Below, piece after piece: positions 32,660-41,978 of a stretch of 64,000 bases of DNA. The notes under the pieces were generated by a model. That model saw nothing but the letters and a program-made list of their open reading frames with translations, had not been told where the DNA came from and did no database searches. The position numbers and the translations under genes are program-made. This DNA is from Bdellovibrio sp. (lineage in GTDB: Bacteria; Bdellovibrionota; Bdellovibrionia; Bdellovibrionales; Bdellovibrionaceae). How positions within the stretch are numbered: the stretch's first letter is position 1; the number at the start of each line of letters is the position of its first letter. The DNA is taken from NCBI GenBank assembly GCA_014376935.1, contig JACMQO010000087.1:5289-69288 (forward strand), given 5' to 3'.

Positions 32660-33286
32660 ATGAGTTGCGTAAATAGTTCAGTTTGTAAATTATGTCGTCG
32701 TGAAAACATGAAACTTTTCTTAAAAGGTGACAGATGTTACACGGATAAATGTGCTTTCGAAAGAAGACCTTATCCCCCAGGACAGCATGGTCAGTCTCGT
32801 CTTAAGTTTTCTGAGTTCGCGTTACAATTACGTGAAAAACAAAAAGCTAAGCGTTACTACGGTTTATCTGAAAAACAATTCCGTCATTATTTCGAATTAG
32901 CTGATAAATCGAAAGAAATCACAGGAACAAAATTATTAAAATTCTTAGAATTACGTTTAGATAATGTTGTTTACACATTAGGTTTTGCAAATTCACGTCG
33001 TGAAGCAAGACAACTAATTGGTCACAACCATTTCTTAGTAAACGGAAAACGCGTTAACATCGCTAGCTTTATCACTAAAAAGGGCGACGTTATTGAGGTT
33101 TCTCAAGCTAGTAAAGAAATGGATAAGATCTTAAGCGCGATTCAAGCCGTTTCTCGCAGAACTATCCCGAGCTGGTTGGAAGCTAACCATACAGCGCTTA
33201 AAGGTATCGTTAAAGATGCTCCAACGCGTGAAGATGTAACAATTCCAGTCGAAGAAAGTATGATCGTTGAGTACTATTCTCGATAA
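32660..33286 (+). CDS. rpsD: 30S ribosomal protein S4, Cys-containing form
   Basis: [43 protein letters not shown]. Confidence 0.99.
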   Translation: MSCVNSSVCKLCRRENMKLFLKGDRCYTDKCAFERRPYPPGQHGQSRLKFSEFALQLREKQKAKRYYGLSEKQFRHYFELADKSKEITGTKLLKFLELRLDNVVYTLGFANSRREARQLIGHNHFLVNGKRVNIASFITKKGDVIEVSQASKEMDKILSAIQAVSRRTIPSWLEANHTALKGIVKDAPTREDVTIPVEESMIVEYYSR

Positions 33287-33312
33287 TTAACTCGAAACTA
33301 AGAGGTTTAAAA

Positions 33313-34359
33313 ATGCAAGAACACTATTATAAATTTTGGAGAGAGTTGATTAAACCTAAAGGGTTTGAAATCGAAAAAGAAACTCAATCTAGTGAATACG
33401 CAAAGTTTGTTGTTCGTCCTCTTGAAAGAGGCTTTGGAGTTACTTTAGGTAACTCCATCCGCCGCATTCTTTTAAGCTCAATGATGGGTTCTGCTGTAAC
33501 TGCTGTTAAATTTGACGGCGTTCTACATGAGTTCTCTACTATCACTGACGTTTTAGAAGACGTTTCTGATATTATTTTAAACTTGAAACAAATTCGTTTC
33601 AGACAATTCAATTCTGAGCCTTTAACCTTAAGAATCTCTAAAAAAGGTCCTGGAGTTGTTACGGCTGCAGATATCATCACAAGCGATAAAATTGAAATTT
33701 TAAATCATAATCAACATATTGCTACCTTAGGTAACAATGCAAATTTCAATGCTGAATTAATCGTGTCTTACGGACGTGGTTATTCTCCAGTTGAAAACCA
33801 AACTGAATCATTACCAGTTGGTTACATTGGTGTTGATGCTCTTCATAGTCCAATTCGTAAAGTTAACTACTCTGTTTCTAATGCCCGTGTTGGACAAAGA
33901 ACGGATTACGATGCTTTATCGCTTGAAGTATGGACAGATGGATCTTTGAAGCCTGAAGAATCAGTTTCCTTAGCTTCTAAAATCCTTAAAGAACAATTAC
34001 AAATTTTCTTAACTTTCGACGAGTCTCTAGAGCCTTCTGACGAAATTAAGGCGATGGGTTCTTCTTCTTTGAACGAAAATTTATTCAGATCAGTTGATGA
34101 TTTAGAACTTAGTGTTCGTTCTGCTAACTGTTTGAAAAATGCGAATATTCGTTTTATTGGCGAATTAGTTGTTAGATCAGAAGCAGAAATGCTTAAGACT
34201 AAAAACTTTGGTCGCAAATCGTTAAATGAAATTAAAGAGATTCTGACTGAAATGAATCTTGGTTTAGGAATGAAGATTGAAGGATGGCCACCTCCAGGAT
34301 GGGATCCAAATCAAATGCCTCAAACAAAGCGCGAAACAGCGCAACCGTCTAATACATAG
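33313..34359 (+). CDS. rpoA: RNA polymerase alpha subunit
   Basis: [48 protein letters not shown]. Confidence 0.99.
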   Translation: MQEHYYKFWRELIKPKGFEIEKETQSSEYAKFVVRPLERGFGVTLGNSIRRILLSSMMGSAVTAVKFDGVLHEFSTITDVLEDVSDIILNLKQIRFRQFNSEPLTLRISKKGPGVVTAADIITSDKIEILNHNQHIATLGNNANFNAELIVSYGRGYSPVENQTESLPVGYIGVDALHSPIRKVNYSVSNARVGQRTDYDALSLEVWTDGSLKPEESVSLASKILKEQLQIFLTFDESLEPSDEIKAMGSSSLNENLFRSVDDLELSVRSANCLKNANIRFIGELVVRSEAEMLKTKNFGRKSLNEIKEILTEMNLGLGMKIEGWPPPGWDPNQMPQTKRETAQPSNT

Positions 34360-34386
34360 TACATAGGGTAAATAGGAGTTTTTTGT

Positions 34387-34950
34387 ATGTCTTCACATCG
34401 TCGTTTAGTTAAACATTTTAGTCGTAAAAGTGGCCCTAGAAAGGCTTTAATTCGTGGCTTAATGAATTCATTAGTTGAGCATGGTCGTATTAAAACTACT
34501 GTGACTAAAGCTAAAGAAGTTCGTCGTCATATCGAAAGAGTTGTTACTCTTGGTAAAAAAGGCGATTTGAATTCACTTCGTTTAATTATTGCTCGTCTTG
34601 CTAGCCAAGACAATGCAGTTAGTCTTGTGAAAACAATTGCTCCTCGTTTTAAAGATCGTGATGGCGGTTATACTCGCGTATTGAAAATCGGTCGTAGACC
34701 AGGTGATTCTGCTGAGATGGCTTTTCTTGAATTCGTAGATTACGACTTCAAAACGGCTGTTAAAGCGGCCCCAACAGCTAAGGCTGGTAAAGCTACTAAG
34801 GCAACAAAAGAAGATAAAGCTTCTGCTAAAGAGCAATTAAAAATGACTAGCAAAATCAAAAAAGCGAAATCAGTTGATGCTGCTAAATCTAAAAAAGTTG
34901 TCAGAAAAATGAAAACTAAATCTAGAGCAGCAATGCACGCTAGAGCGTAG
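34387..34950 (+). CDS. rplQ: 50S ribosomal protein L17 with Lys/Ala-rich C-terminal tail
   Basis: HGRIKTT, RDGGYTRVLK, RPGDSAEMA; about 70 aa extension. Confidence 0.98.
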   Translation: MSSHRRLVKHFSRKSGPRKALIRGLMNSLVEHGRIKTTVTKAKEVRRHIERVVTLGKKGDLNSLRLIIARLASQDNAVSLVKTIAPRFKDRDGGYTRVLKIGRRPGDSAEMAFLEFVDYDFKTAVKAAPTAKAGKATKATKEDKASAKEQLKMTSKIKKAKSVDAAKSKKVVRKMKTKSRAAMHARA

Positions 34951-34973
34951 TTTTGATAAGAATATAATTTTTG

Positions 34974-35005
34974 AAAAAACCCAAGTTTATCTTGGGTTTT
35001 TTTTT
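34974..35005 (+). terminator. Rho-independent terminator ending the alpha operon
   Basis: AAAAAACCCAAG-TTTAT-CTTGGGTTTTTTTTT. Confidence 0.9.
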
Positions 35006-35105
35006 GCCAAAAATCATTTCGCTGCCGAGATAATCTGTTTTAAGTGCTGGGCCTATTGTTTAAGTGAATTAGTATGAATACGCTTAGAATCTTCATGGAG
35101 GTTTT

Positions 35106-35654
35106 ATGAATGCCAAGTTAACGGGAATATTTTTAGTTATTGCCCTTTTATGCGTTATTGCGGTTTTTAATTTCAATAAGATGACCAGTTATTTTGCTCG
35201 AAATGCTGAATCGAATGTTGAGACACCCAAAGAAATAACTTTCGCAGACATGAATTCTTTTCTAAAAGACTCTAAATGGGTTGATTACGCAGGAACCCCC
35301 GTAGCAGCAGATGGTCGCTTCTTTGATTCAACCAAGACCGTTTACGTGCATTTGTGGGCCTCTTGGTGTGCTCCTTGTCTTAATGAAATTCCTGAGTTGA
35401 TAGCTTTTGCAAAAAAGAACAAAGATCGGGCACTTGTTGTCTTAGTTTCTTTGGACGACGCTAAAGATGACCTGACTAAATTTTTAAAAAGCTTTCCTGA
35501 AATGAATGAGCCTTTGTTTTTTCGGATTTGGGATCAAGAAAAAAAGCTATCTAAGTTTGTCGATGCTGATCGGTTACCGATGACGATTGTTCTTGATAAT
35601 AGAGAGTCGAAATTAAGGTCTGTGCGTTCGGTTGTTGATTGGAAGAACTTTTAA
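35106..35654 (+). CDS. TlpA/ResA-like thiol-disulfide oxidoreductase, membrane-anchored
   Basis: N-terminal TM helix; LWASWCAPCLNEIPEL; LPMTIV; GGAGG SD. Confidence 0.88.
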   Translation: MNAKLTGIFLVIALLCVIAVFNFNKMTSYFARNAESNVETPKEITFADMNSFLKDSKWVDYAGTPVAADGRFFDSTKTVYVHLWASWCAPCLNEIPELIAFAKKNKDRALVVLVSLDDAKDDLTKFLKSFPEMNEPLFFRIWDQEKKLSKFVDADRLPMTIVLDNRESKLRSVRSVVDWKNF

Positions 35655-35874
35655 AAATATTCTTATTTAAGAAAAATTGAAATCTTGGGCTTTTCTAGTA
35701 TCTACTATTAGAGAAATTAAAGTTATAAATAAAATAGAAATAACAACAAGGATGTAGATCAGCCTATGTAAAACTTGGCTGACATGGATTAGTTCGAACT
35801 AGATTAAATTACCCTTTGGTTAATCTACATAGGGTGAGTGAAGCTCAAAATTTTAAACTAAATACGTTAAATAG

Positions 35875-35906
35875 ATAAAAAGGAAATTCTGTGATCTCCT
35901 TTTTAT
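35875..35906. terminator. Probable bidirectional terminator between convergent genes
   Basis: ATAAAAAGGA-12 nt-TCCTTTTTAT with A/T runs both sides. Confidence 0.6.
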
Positions 35907-35949
35907 TTAAAAATAATTTCTTTGTGGGGTTGGTGCGTGTTTGAGCTTT

Positions 35950-38028
35950 TTAGAAACCTAACTGCTTCTTAAGGTCGTCTAAACCTTTTTTGCCGGCATC
36001 TTGTAAATGTTTTTTGGCTTGGTTTTCTAGATCTTTTTTTGCCGCGTTGATGCGCTCGTCGACTTGCTTCTTTTGGCTGTCTAACTGATTTTGAACTTTT
36101 GCGACTTCGCCGTTGGCTTGGTTTTTTAGCGCGTCTGTTTGGCCAGTTAGCTGTGCCTTCAATTTTCCGATTTCACTATCGATAGCCTTTTGTAACTGGG
36201 CGTTAGCTTCGGCGATTTTTGCTTTAAGGACATTTTCGAAAGAGTGCTGAAGGTCGAGCCCAAGGCTTGAGCTGATATCGAAGTTTAGGTCCTTTAATTC
36301 TCCTGACGCTTTAGCTTCGACGTCGAAACGGTTAATCGCGCTGAAGGTTTGGTTTAGGATGTCGCTGATTGTTTTGTCGGCCACTTCGGTTTTAAAGGCT
36401 ACGTTTGAAAATTCTGTTTTGATAAGCAGCGTGTAGTTTTTGAAACCGATTGTTTGGCCTGAGCTTGTGAAGCTAGCCACTGATTTTGGAATGCTGATTT
36501 GACCATCTTTAGAATTTAATAAGCTTAAATTTTCAAGCGGGTACGCGCCCACATTGAATCCGAATTTGGCTTGAGGCTCTTCGTTTAAATTATTTAACTC
36601 AGCCGTTGCGTGGATACCAGAAACGTTCATTTTTTTGAAATCGCCTTTGATATCTAACGTCGTTAACTTTCCGATTTGTCGCTGATTAGAAGTGATGTTT
36701 TCGATCAGGCCCGAGAAATCACCGTAGTCTGCGTTGTTATTTGATTTTGAGCTGATGCTGATCTTTTGAATCCAGAAAAGTGGGTAGCCATTTTTAACCG
36801 GGAATTCGTAGGTTGTTCCTTTGGCGCGTGGATGCGGTTGGATTGTTTCATCATCTTCTTTTTTGGCTTGCTTCGGGATTTTGCCGTCTTTGATCATTTT
36901 TGAATACTTGGGTGGTAAGTATTTTTCAGCTAATGCTTTATAACGATCTACTTTCGACATAATTGGCGTTAAGTACTGCATAAATAACGCTTTGGCGAAA
37001 CTGGCCGCGTCGATCTTAGGAATTTTAAATTTTGTCTTAATGCTGTCGATATCTTTTTTGACTTGAGCATCGACGGATTTGTAATCTGTGTCGATGCTTT
37101 TTAAATCAGTTTCGAGCTCTGATTTTAATTGGCTAATCTGTTTGTTTTTCGAATCGACATCTTTGAATAAAGCGTCAAATTGCTTGATTGAAGAATCGAG
37201 CTCTTGTGGGGTTTTGAAATCTTTGTATTTAATCGCTTCAAATCGTGTTTTGAAAGTTTGAAGTTCGGCGTTTGAAGGTAAAGTTTTTAATTTTGCATCC
37301 CACTCTGTTTTTTTGCCGGCCCATTTTACATTCAGGTCTTCAAGTAATTTTTTTGATGCCATTTGTGATTCTAAGTTCTTAATTTGGTCGTCCCATTTTC
37401 CGGTCTTAAGAAATGCGGAGACGTCGCCAAGCACGTTGCTTTGATTGTCTTTTTCTAATTTGTTCAAAGCTTTATTTTGCAACTGGGCCGTAAAAGAAGG
37501 CTCGTTTGATGGGGGTTCTGGCGGAGCTACTTTGCCGACGTGGGCGCGTTTTGACATGAACTGAACGCCTTCGACGGCGATCTCTTGGATGACGAATTTA
37601 ACGCGAAGTAATGCGTCCCATTTGACTGCGAAGCGAATGCTAGAAAGTTCGATCGAGTTCAATTCAGGTTTGGCTGCATCGGTGATTTCTAATTTTCTAA
37701 TTTCGACGTTGCCATTAATGAATGAAGATTTGAATTCGCCGATGTTCAGCTCTGTGCCTAAAGCTTTGTATCCGCCCCATTCGATGGCTTTTTTCATGTG
37801 AAGGTCGAAGAAGAAAAAGAAGTACGCCCAGATCAGGAAAACAAAAATTGCAAAGGGAATGATTGCGTTCCAGCGAATGGGGCCGGTTGGTTTTTTTACT
37901 TTTTTAGGAGGAGCTCCGCCGCCGCCGGAACCAACTTTTGTTGAAGTCGCTTTGGCTTCAGCGATCGTACTTTCGTGACGGCCGTTCGATGATTCAGAGG
38001 GGGTTGGGTTATTGATTAAATCAGACAC
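35950..38028 (-). CDS. TIGR03545-family membrane-anchored envelope protein (AsmA-like N-terminus, coiled coils)
   Basis: IRW-TM helix, FINGNVEIRKLEI, DALLRVKFVIQE, YEFP...GYPLFWIQ; coupled to a TIGR03546-like gene. Confidence 0.7.
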   Translation of the reverse strand: MSDLINNPTPSESSNGRHESTIAEAKATSTKVGSGGGGAPPKKVKKPTGPIRWNAIIPFAIFVFLIWAYFFFFFDLHMKKAIEWGGYKALGTELNIGEFKSSFINGNVEIRKLEITDAAKPELNSIELSSIRFAVKWDALLRVKFVIQEIAVEGVQFMSKRAHVGKVAPPEPPSNEPSFTAQLQNKALNKLEKDNQSNVLGDVSAFLKTGKWDDQIKNLESQMASKKLLEDLNVKWAGKKTEWDAKLKTLPSNAELQTFKTRFEAIKYKDFKTPQELDSSIKQFDALFKDVDSKNKQISQLKSELETDLKSIDTDYKSVDAQVKKDIDSIKTKFKIPKIDAASFAKALFMQYLTPIMSKVDRYKALAEKYLPPKYSKMIKDGKIPKQAKKEDDETIQPHPRAKGTTYEFPVKNGYPLFWIQKISISSKSNNNADYGDFSGLIENITSNQRQIGKLTTLDIKGDFKKMNVSGIHATAELNNLNEEPQAKFGFNVGAYPLENLSLLNSKDGQISIPKSVASFTSSGQTIGFKNYTLLIKTEFSNVAFKTEVADKTISDILNQTFSAINRFDVEAKASGELKDLNFDISSSLGLDLQHSFENVLKAKIAEANAQLQKAIDSEIGKLKAQLTGQTDALKNQANGEVAKVQNQLDSQKKQVDERINAAKKDLENQAKKHLQDAGKKGLDDLKKQLGF

Positions 38029-38558
38029 TAGGCGCCTCCGTATAGATCATTGTATTTTGCGTACCAATCGTAGAATTTTGTCGCCTTGAAGGCTTTCCAA
38101 GCCTTGGTGGCTTCGATCTTGGTCACGAACTTAGTGCGGTACTGTGCGATTAAATATTTAAATACGAAAAATAGGATAGGGCACAAGATTAACGAGATAA
38201 TGAAAGAACCCATGACGATCGAGTTATTGAAGCGGGTCATCGGAATAAAAGGCGTGTTGTACATCGTCACAAAAAGTTCGCGAAGCGATGGGGATTCAAG
38301 AGCCCAGCGGCCCAGGTCATCGGCGACTGGGTCAAGCATGTAAGCCACGAATTTGAAGAAGAAAGCTGATAAGAAGGCAGCCCCTAATTGCACCCGGAAG
38401 ATAAAGACGATGAATAGCACTAAAAGAGTTTGGATCGATACAAATGGGGCAAACCCTAAAAAGATGCCGAAGGCTAAGCCCGTGGCAATTTGGTTTTGAC
38501 CCGTATCTGAGTGAAGTAAACGAATTAGATTGATGAGTTGTTTAGTCAGTAAGCCCAT
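38028..38558 (-). CDS. TIGR03546-family (DUF2062-like) membrane protein
   Basis: LHSDTGQNQIA, GIFLGFAP, YNTPFIPMTRFNNSIVMGS. Confidence 0.75.
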   Translation of the reverse strand: MGLLTKQLINLIRLLHSDTGQNQIATGLAFGIFLGFAPFVSIQTLLVLFIVFIFRVQLGAAFLSAFFFKFVAYMLDPVADDLGRWALESPSLRELFVTMYNTPFIPMTRFNNSIVMGSFIISLILCPILFFVFKYLIAQYRTKFVTKIEATKAWKAFKATKFYDWYAKYNDLYGGA

Positions 38559-38722
38559 AGATCTCCATTGTGAAATATAGTCAAAAGCTTAACGATTTTT
38601 TTAGAGAATTCAAAGTCTTTTGGAGTCATTCGCTTTATTTACGTTCGGCAGAATGCGGCGTTATCAGCGCAAACTTTGAGGAGATTGTTTTGAGTAGGGT
38701 TTGGATGAGCCCCGAAGTTTTT

Positions 38723-39718
38723 CTATTTTTGTTCGGCTTGAATATTTTTTCTTAAAAGGGGGCTGGCCGAGAATATGATGCCGCCGATGATCGCGTAGAA
38801 AAATTGAAAAAGTTGAAGGGCGCTGATGGCGGTGACGGCAGCTTTGCCCAAATCTTCGCTAAAGGCAGCAAATAAGAAGTAAAAAGCCGCTTGGCCGACT
38901 CCGATACCTGCGGGCGTGATTGGGATCGCCGAAGCTAAGAATCCGAAACAGCACAAAGAGAAGAAAATTAAGTACGATGGGATACTAACGCCTAACGATT
39001 CAACAACTAGACTCATAAAGTAGATTGAGATCACTTGAAGAACTAAAGACAACAGAACCGTGAAGCTGACTAATTTTTTATTACGAAAGCTTGTAAAAGT
39101 TAAATCGAAAGACGTAACCATTTTTTGCAAAGTTAATAAAATTTTATTTTCTTTCGATCCGAAAAAATTATAAATCATCTGTACGACGACGCGTCCAAAC
39201 ATTAATCCGACGAACATGGCTAAAAGTAGCAAGGTGCTGAACGCTAGGTATTTTAATATGCCATTATTGTGTTCAAGCGAAAAATCAATCGCTAAAAACA
39301 AACTGGAAAATAAAACCATGGCAAATAATCCAAATATTCGATCGGCCAGCACGGTTGAAAGAGTGTCTGATCGACTAAGTGATTTTAGTTTTGAAAGCTC
39401 GAGGGCTTTGACGATGTCACCACCGACGCCACCAGGAATGAAGAATGAAAAGAATTGGCCAATTAAAGTTAATTTAAAAGCTAAGAAAGCTGATATCTTG
39501 GCTTTGGTGTCGACAAATAATTTCCAGCGGTAGGCGGTAAGAAAAAATTGTAACAGAATCAGGCCAAAGCCGGTGATTAAAACTTTTTCTTGGCTAAAAA
39601 TATATTTAATTTGGTCTAACTGAAAGGGACCTTTTTTAATTAAAATAATTAAAAAAGCTAAAGCCGCGACCGGCCTTAACAGATTTCTACCCCAATGTTT
39701 CATTAGAGCTTTATTCAT
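38723..39718 (-). CDS. Lysylphosphatidylglycerol-synthase TM region / UPF0104 flippase-like membrane protein
   Basis: AYRWK, GQFFSFFIPGGVGGD, DRIFGL, IPITPAGIGVGQAA; ATGA overlap with kdsA. Confidence 0.85.
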   Translation of the reverse strand: MNKALMKHWGRNLLRPVAALAFLIILIKKGPFQLDQIKYIFSQEKVLITGFGLILLQFFLTAYRWKLFVDTKAKISAFLAFKLTLIGQFFSFFIPGGVGGDIVKALELSKLKSLSRSDTLSTVLADRIFGLFAMVLFSSLFLAIDFSLEHNNGILKYLAFSTLLLLAMFVGLMFGRVVVQMIYNFFGSKENKILLTLQKMVTSFDLTFTSFRNKKLVSFTVLLSLVLQVISIYFMSLVVESLGVSIPSYLIFFSLCCFGFLASAIPITPAGIGVGQAAFYFLFAAFSEDLGKAAVTAISALQLFQFFYAIIGGIIFSASPLLRKNIQAEQK

Positions 39719-40569
39719 CCTTGGTGCGTTTTGAAAATTTGTTGAAGGTTTTTAAGAACTTTTTCTAAATCTTTTAACGGTAAAGATGTGGGTCCATCAC
39801 ACAAAGCAACATCTGGGTTTGGATGAGTCTCTAAGAAAATTCCGTCTACGCCGACGGCCATTGCGGCTCTGCCCAAAGGCCAAACCATTTCGCCACGGCC
39901 ACCGCTTGATTCGCCGGTTGCTCCTGGTAATTGAGTTGAGTGCGTGCAATCCATGATGACCGGAAAACCTAAATTACGCATTTCGATTAGGCCTGTCATA
40001 TCATTGATTAAACGGTTGTAACCGAAAGTTGTTCCGCGTTCGCAAAGTAAAAGTTTGTCGTTACCGGCATCAACGGCTTTTTGCGCAATTGATTTCATAT
40101 CCCAAGGGGCTAAGAATTGCCCTTTTTTAATATGAATCACGCGGCCCGTTTTAGCTGCGGCGACCATCAAATCAGTTTGTCTTGATAAGAACGCGGGGAT
40201 TTGAATGACTTCGGCGTATTTTGCGGTTTCTTCAACTTGAATGGTTTCATGAACATCTGTGATGAACGCGCAGCCGATTTCAGATTTAATTTTGTCTAAC
40301 GATTTTAAAGCTTCACGCATGCCGGGGCCGCGAAAGCTTTTTGCGCTTTGGCGGTTAGCTTTATCAAATGAACATTTTAAAATCCAAGGAATACCTAAGG
40401 CTTGAGTCACACGTTTTAATTCTTTGCCGGTTTCGATAACCATGCCTTCATCTTCGATGATGTCGGGGCCTGCGAAAAGAACGAAGTTTTTTCCGTCTCC
40501 CCAAGTGATTTTGCCGTTGGGTGAGTCCATCGAAACAGTTTTTGGTAATGCTTTAAATTCTGTGATCAT
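39715..40569 (-). CDS. kdsA: 3-deoxy-8-phosphooctulonate (KDO8P) synthase
   Basis: KCSFDKANRQS, TDVHE, QIPAFLSRQTDL, IKKGQFLAPWDM, ERGTTFGYN, DCTHSTQLPG, ETHPNP. Confidence 0.97.
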   Translation of the reverse strand: MITEFKALPKTVSMDSPNGKITWGDGKNFVLFAGPDIIEDEGMVIETGKELKRVTQALGIPWILKCSFDKANRQSAKSFRGPGMREALKSLDKIKSEIGCAFITDVHETIQVEETAKYAEVIQIPAFLSRQTDLMVAAAKTGRVIHIKKGQFLAPWDMKSIAQKAVDAGNDKLLLCERGTTFGYNRLINDMTGLIEMRNLGFPVIMDCTHSTQLPGATGESSGGRGEMVWPLGRAAMAVGVDGIFLETHPNPDVALCDGPTSLPLKDLEKVLKNLQQIFKTHQG

Positions 40570-40633
40570 TTGTTTGCCTTTGTTTTGCCGGCGAAATAAT
40601 TAGGTCATTCGGGCGATTGCTTAAAAAGAAGCT

Positions 40634-40655
40634 ACGACGTAATTAATTACGCCGT
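40634..40655 (-). terminator. Terminator-like hairpin after the DegT gene
   Basis: Minus strand ACGGCGTAA-TTAA-TTACGTCGT then AGCTTCTTTTT. Confidence 0.45.
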
Positions 40656-40671
40656 TTTGCCTTTTTTGCAA

Positions 40672-41808
40672 TTACTTCATCGAAAATTCGACCGCTTTTT
40701 TAACGGCGTCGATGATAACGTCTTGTTGTGCGTCAGTCATGTCGGGGAACATTGGTAAGCTGATGACGTGATCAGCAGCCCATTGTGAATTAGGGATTGC
40801 CACTTGCGCCGGAGTATTTTCTTTGTACCAAGGTTGATCTGGCATTGCTAATGGGTAATGCACTGTCGTCGGTACGTTAAGCTCTGTCATTTTCTTTTGG
40901 AAGGCTTCGCGGTTTGTTAATGTTAAAGTGTATTGCGCCCAAACGCTTGTGTTGCCGGGTCTAACGAATGGAGTTGAGAATTGCGGATCGATTTTGTTTA
41001 ATCCTGTAAAAGCCTCAGTGAATTTCGTCGCAACGCGATTACGTTGAATGACTTCCCAGTCGTAACGTTCTAATTTTGCTAAAAGGATTGCGCACTGAAT
41101 TGTGTCTAAACGACCGTTTACGCCAATACGTGTATGGTAGTATCTTTTTTCAGATCCGTGCTCGCGAATTTCTTTCATCACTTTTAAAAGTTTTTCGTCG
41201 TTCGTAAAAATAGCTCCGCCGTCGCCGTAACAACCCAATGGTTTTGCTGGGTAGAAAGAAGTTCCGGCCGCAGTCGTCAACGCTCCACTTTTTTTATCTT
41301 TGTAACCAGCGCCGTAAGATTGTGCCGTATCTTCGATGACGAATAAATTATGTTTTTTTGCAATGGCGTTGATCTCTTCAAGATCGGCAACTTGGCCGTA
41401 TAAAGAAACGGGCACGATGGCTTTTGTTTTTTTCGTGATGGCCGCTTCGATTTTTGTAATATCGATGTTGAAAGTTTTTTTGTCGATATCAACGTAAACC
41501 GGCTTTGCGCCAGATAATACAATTGTTTCAGCTGTTGCGATAAACGAGAAAGCTGTCGTGATGACTTCATCACCAGGACCAATGCCTAGGGCCATCATTG
41601 GAATTAACAATGCATCTGTTCCGCTGGCAACGGCTAAACAGAATTTGCTTCCGGTATGGGCCGCTAATTTTTGTTCTAATTCTGCGACTTCAGGGCCATT
41701 GATGTAGGCGCCGCTATCTAAAACTTTTTGAATACGCGCATCGATATTAGCTTTCAAGGCTGTGTATTGAGATTTAAGATCGATAAATGGGATTGATGGT
41801 GACGACAT
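40672..41808 (-). CDS. DegT/DnrJ/EryC1/StrS sugar aminotransferase (WbpE/GnnB-like)
   Basis: IPFIDL, SGTDAL, VSLYGQ, IEDTAQS, SFYPAKPLGCYGDGG (PLP Lys), RLDTIQCAIL. Confidence 0.92.
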   Translation of the reverse strand: MSSPSIPFIDLKSQYTALKANIDARIQKVLDSGAYINGPEVAELEQKLAAHTGSKFCLAVASGTDALLIPMMALGIGPGDEVITTAFSFIATAETIVLSGAKPVYVDIDKKTFNIDITKIEAAITKKTKAIVPVSLYGQVADLEEINAIAKKHNLFVIEDTAQSYGAGYKDKKSGALTTAAGTSFYPAKPLGCYGDGGAIFTNDEKLLKVMKEIREHGSEKRYYHTRIGVNGRLDTIQCAILLAKLERYDWEVIQRNRVATKFTEAFTGLNKIDPQFSTPFVRPGNTSVWAQYTLTLTNREAFQKKMTELNVPTTVHYPLAMPDQPWYKENTPAQVAIPNSQWAADHVISLPMFPDMTDAQQDVIIDAVKKAVEFSMK

Positions 41809-41978
41809 TTTGCCTCCAGTAAGCTAGTTGTCATAATTGACAGTTTTTATTTTGGTTGTTCATTTGTGAGTATGACGTGAAGTCCGGATGAAGTCTATCT
41901 GTGGAAAAAAAGCTTCACGTTTTGACTCGACTCATGACAGACTTTTTAGGTTATCTTAATAAATCGGAGGATTTTATC

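Noticed and set aside
35752-35792. Start-stop mini-ORFs ATGTAG, ATGTAA and ATGGATTAG in the orphan element
   Set aside because: No properly spaced SD; expected by chance in AT-rich sequence.
38570-38755. 61-aa plus-strand ORF between two minus-strand genes
   Set aside because: GTG start without SD, overlaps the 3' end of the flippase-like gene, no motif.
41837-41865. Sigma70 promoter from the perfect TTGACA at 41837
   Set aside because: No acceptable -10 hexamer at 16-18 nt spacing.
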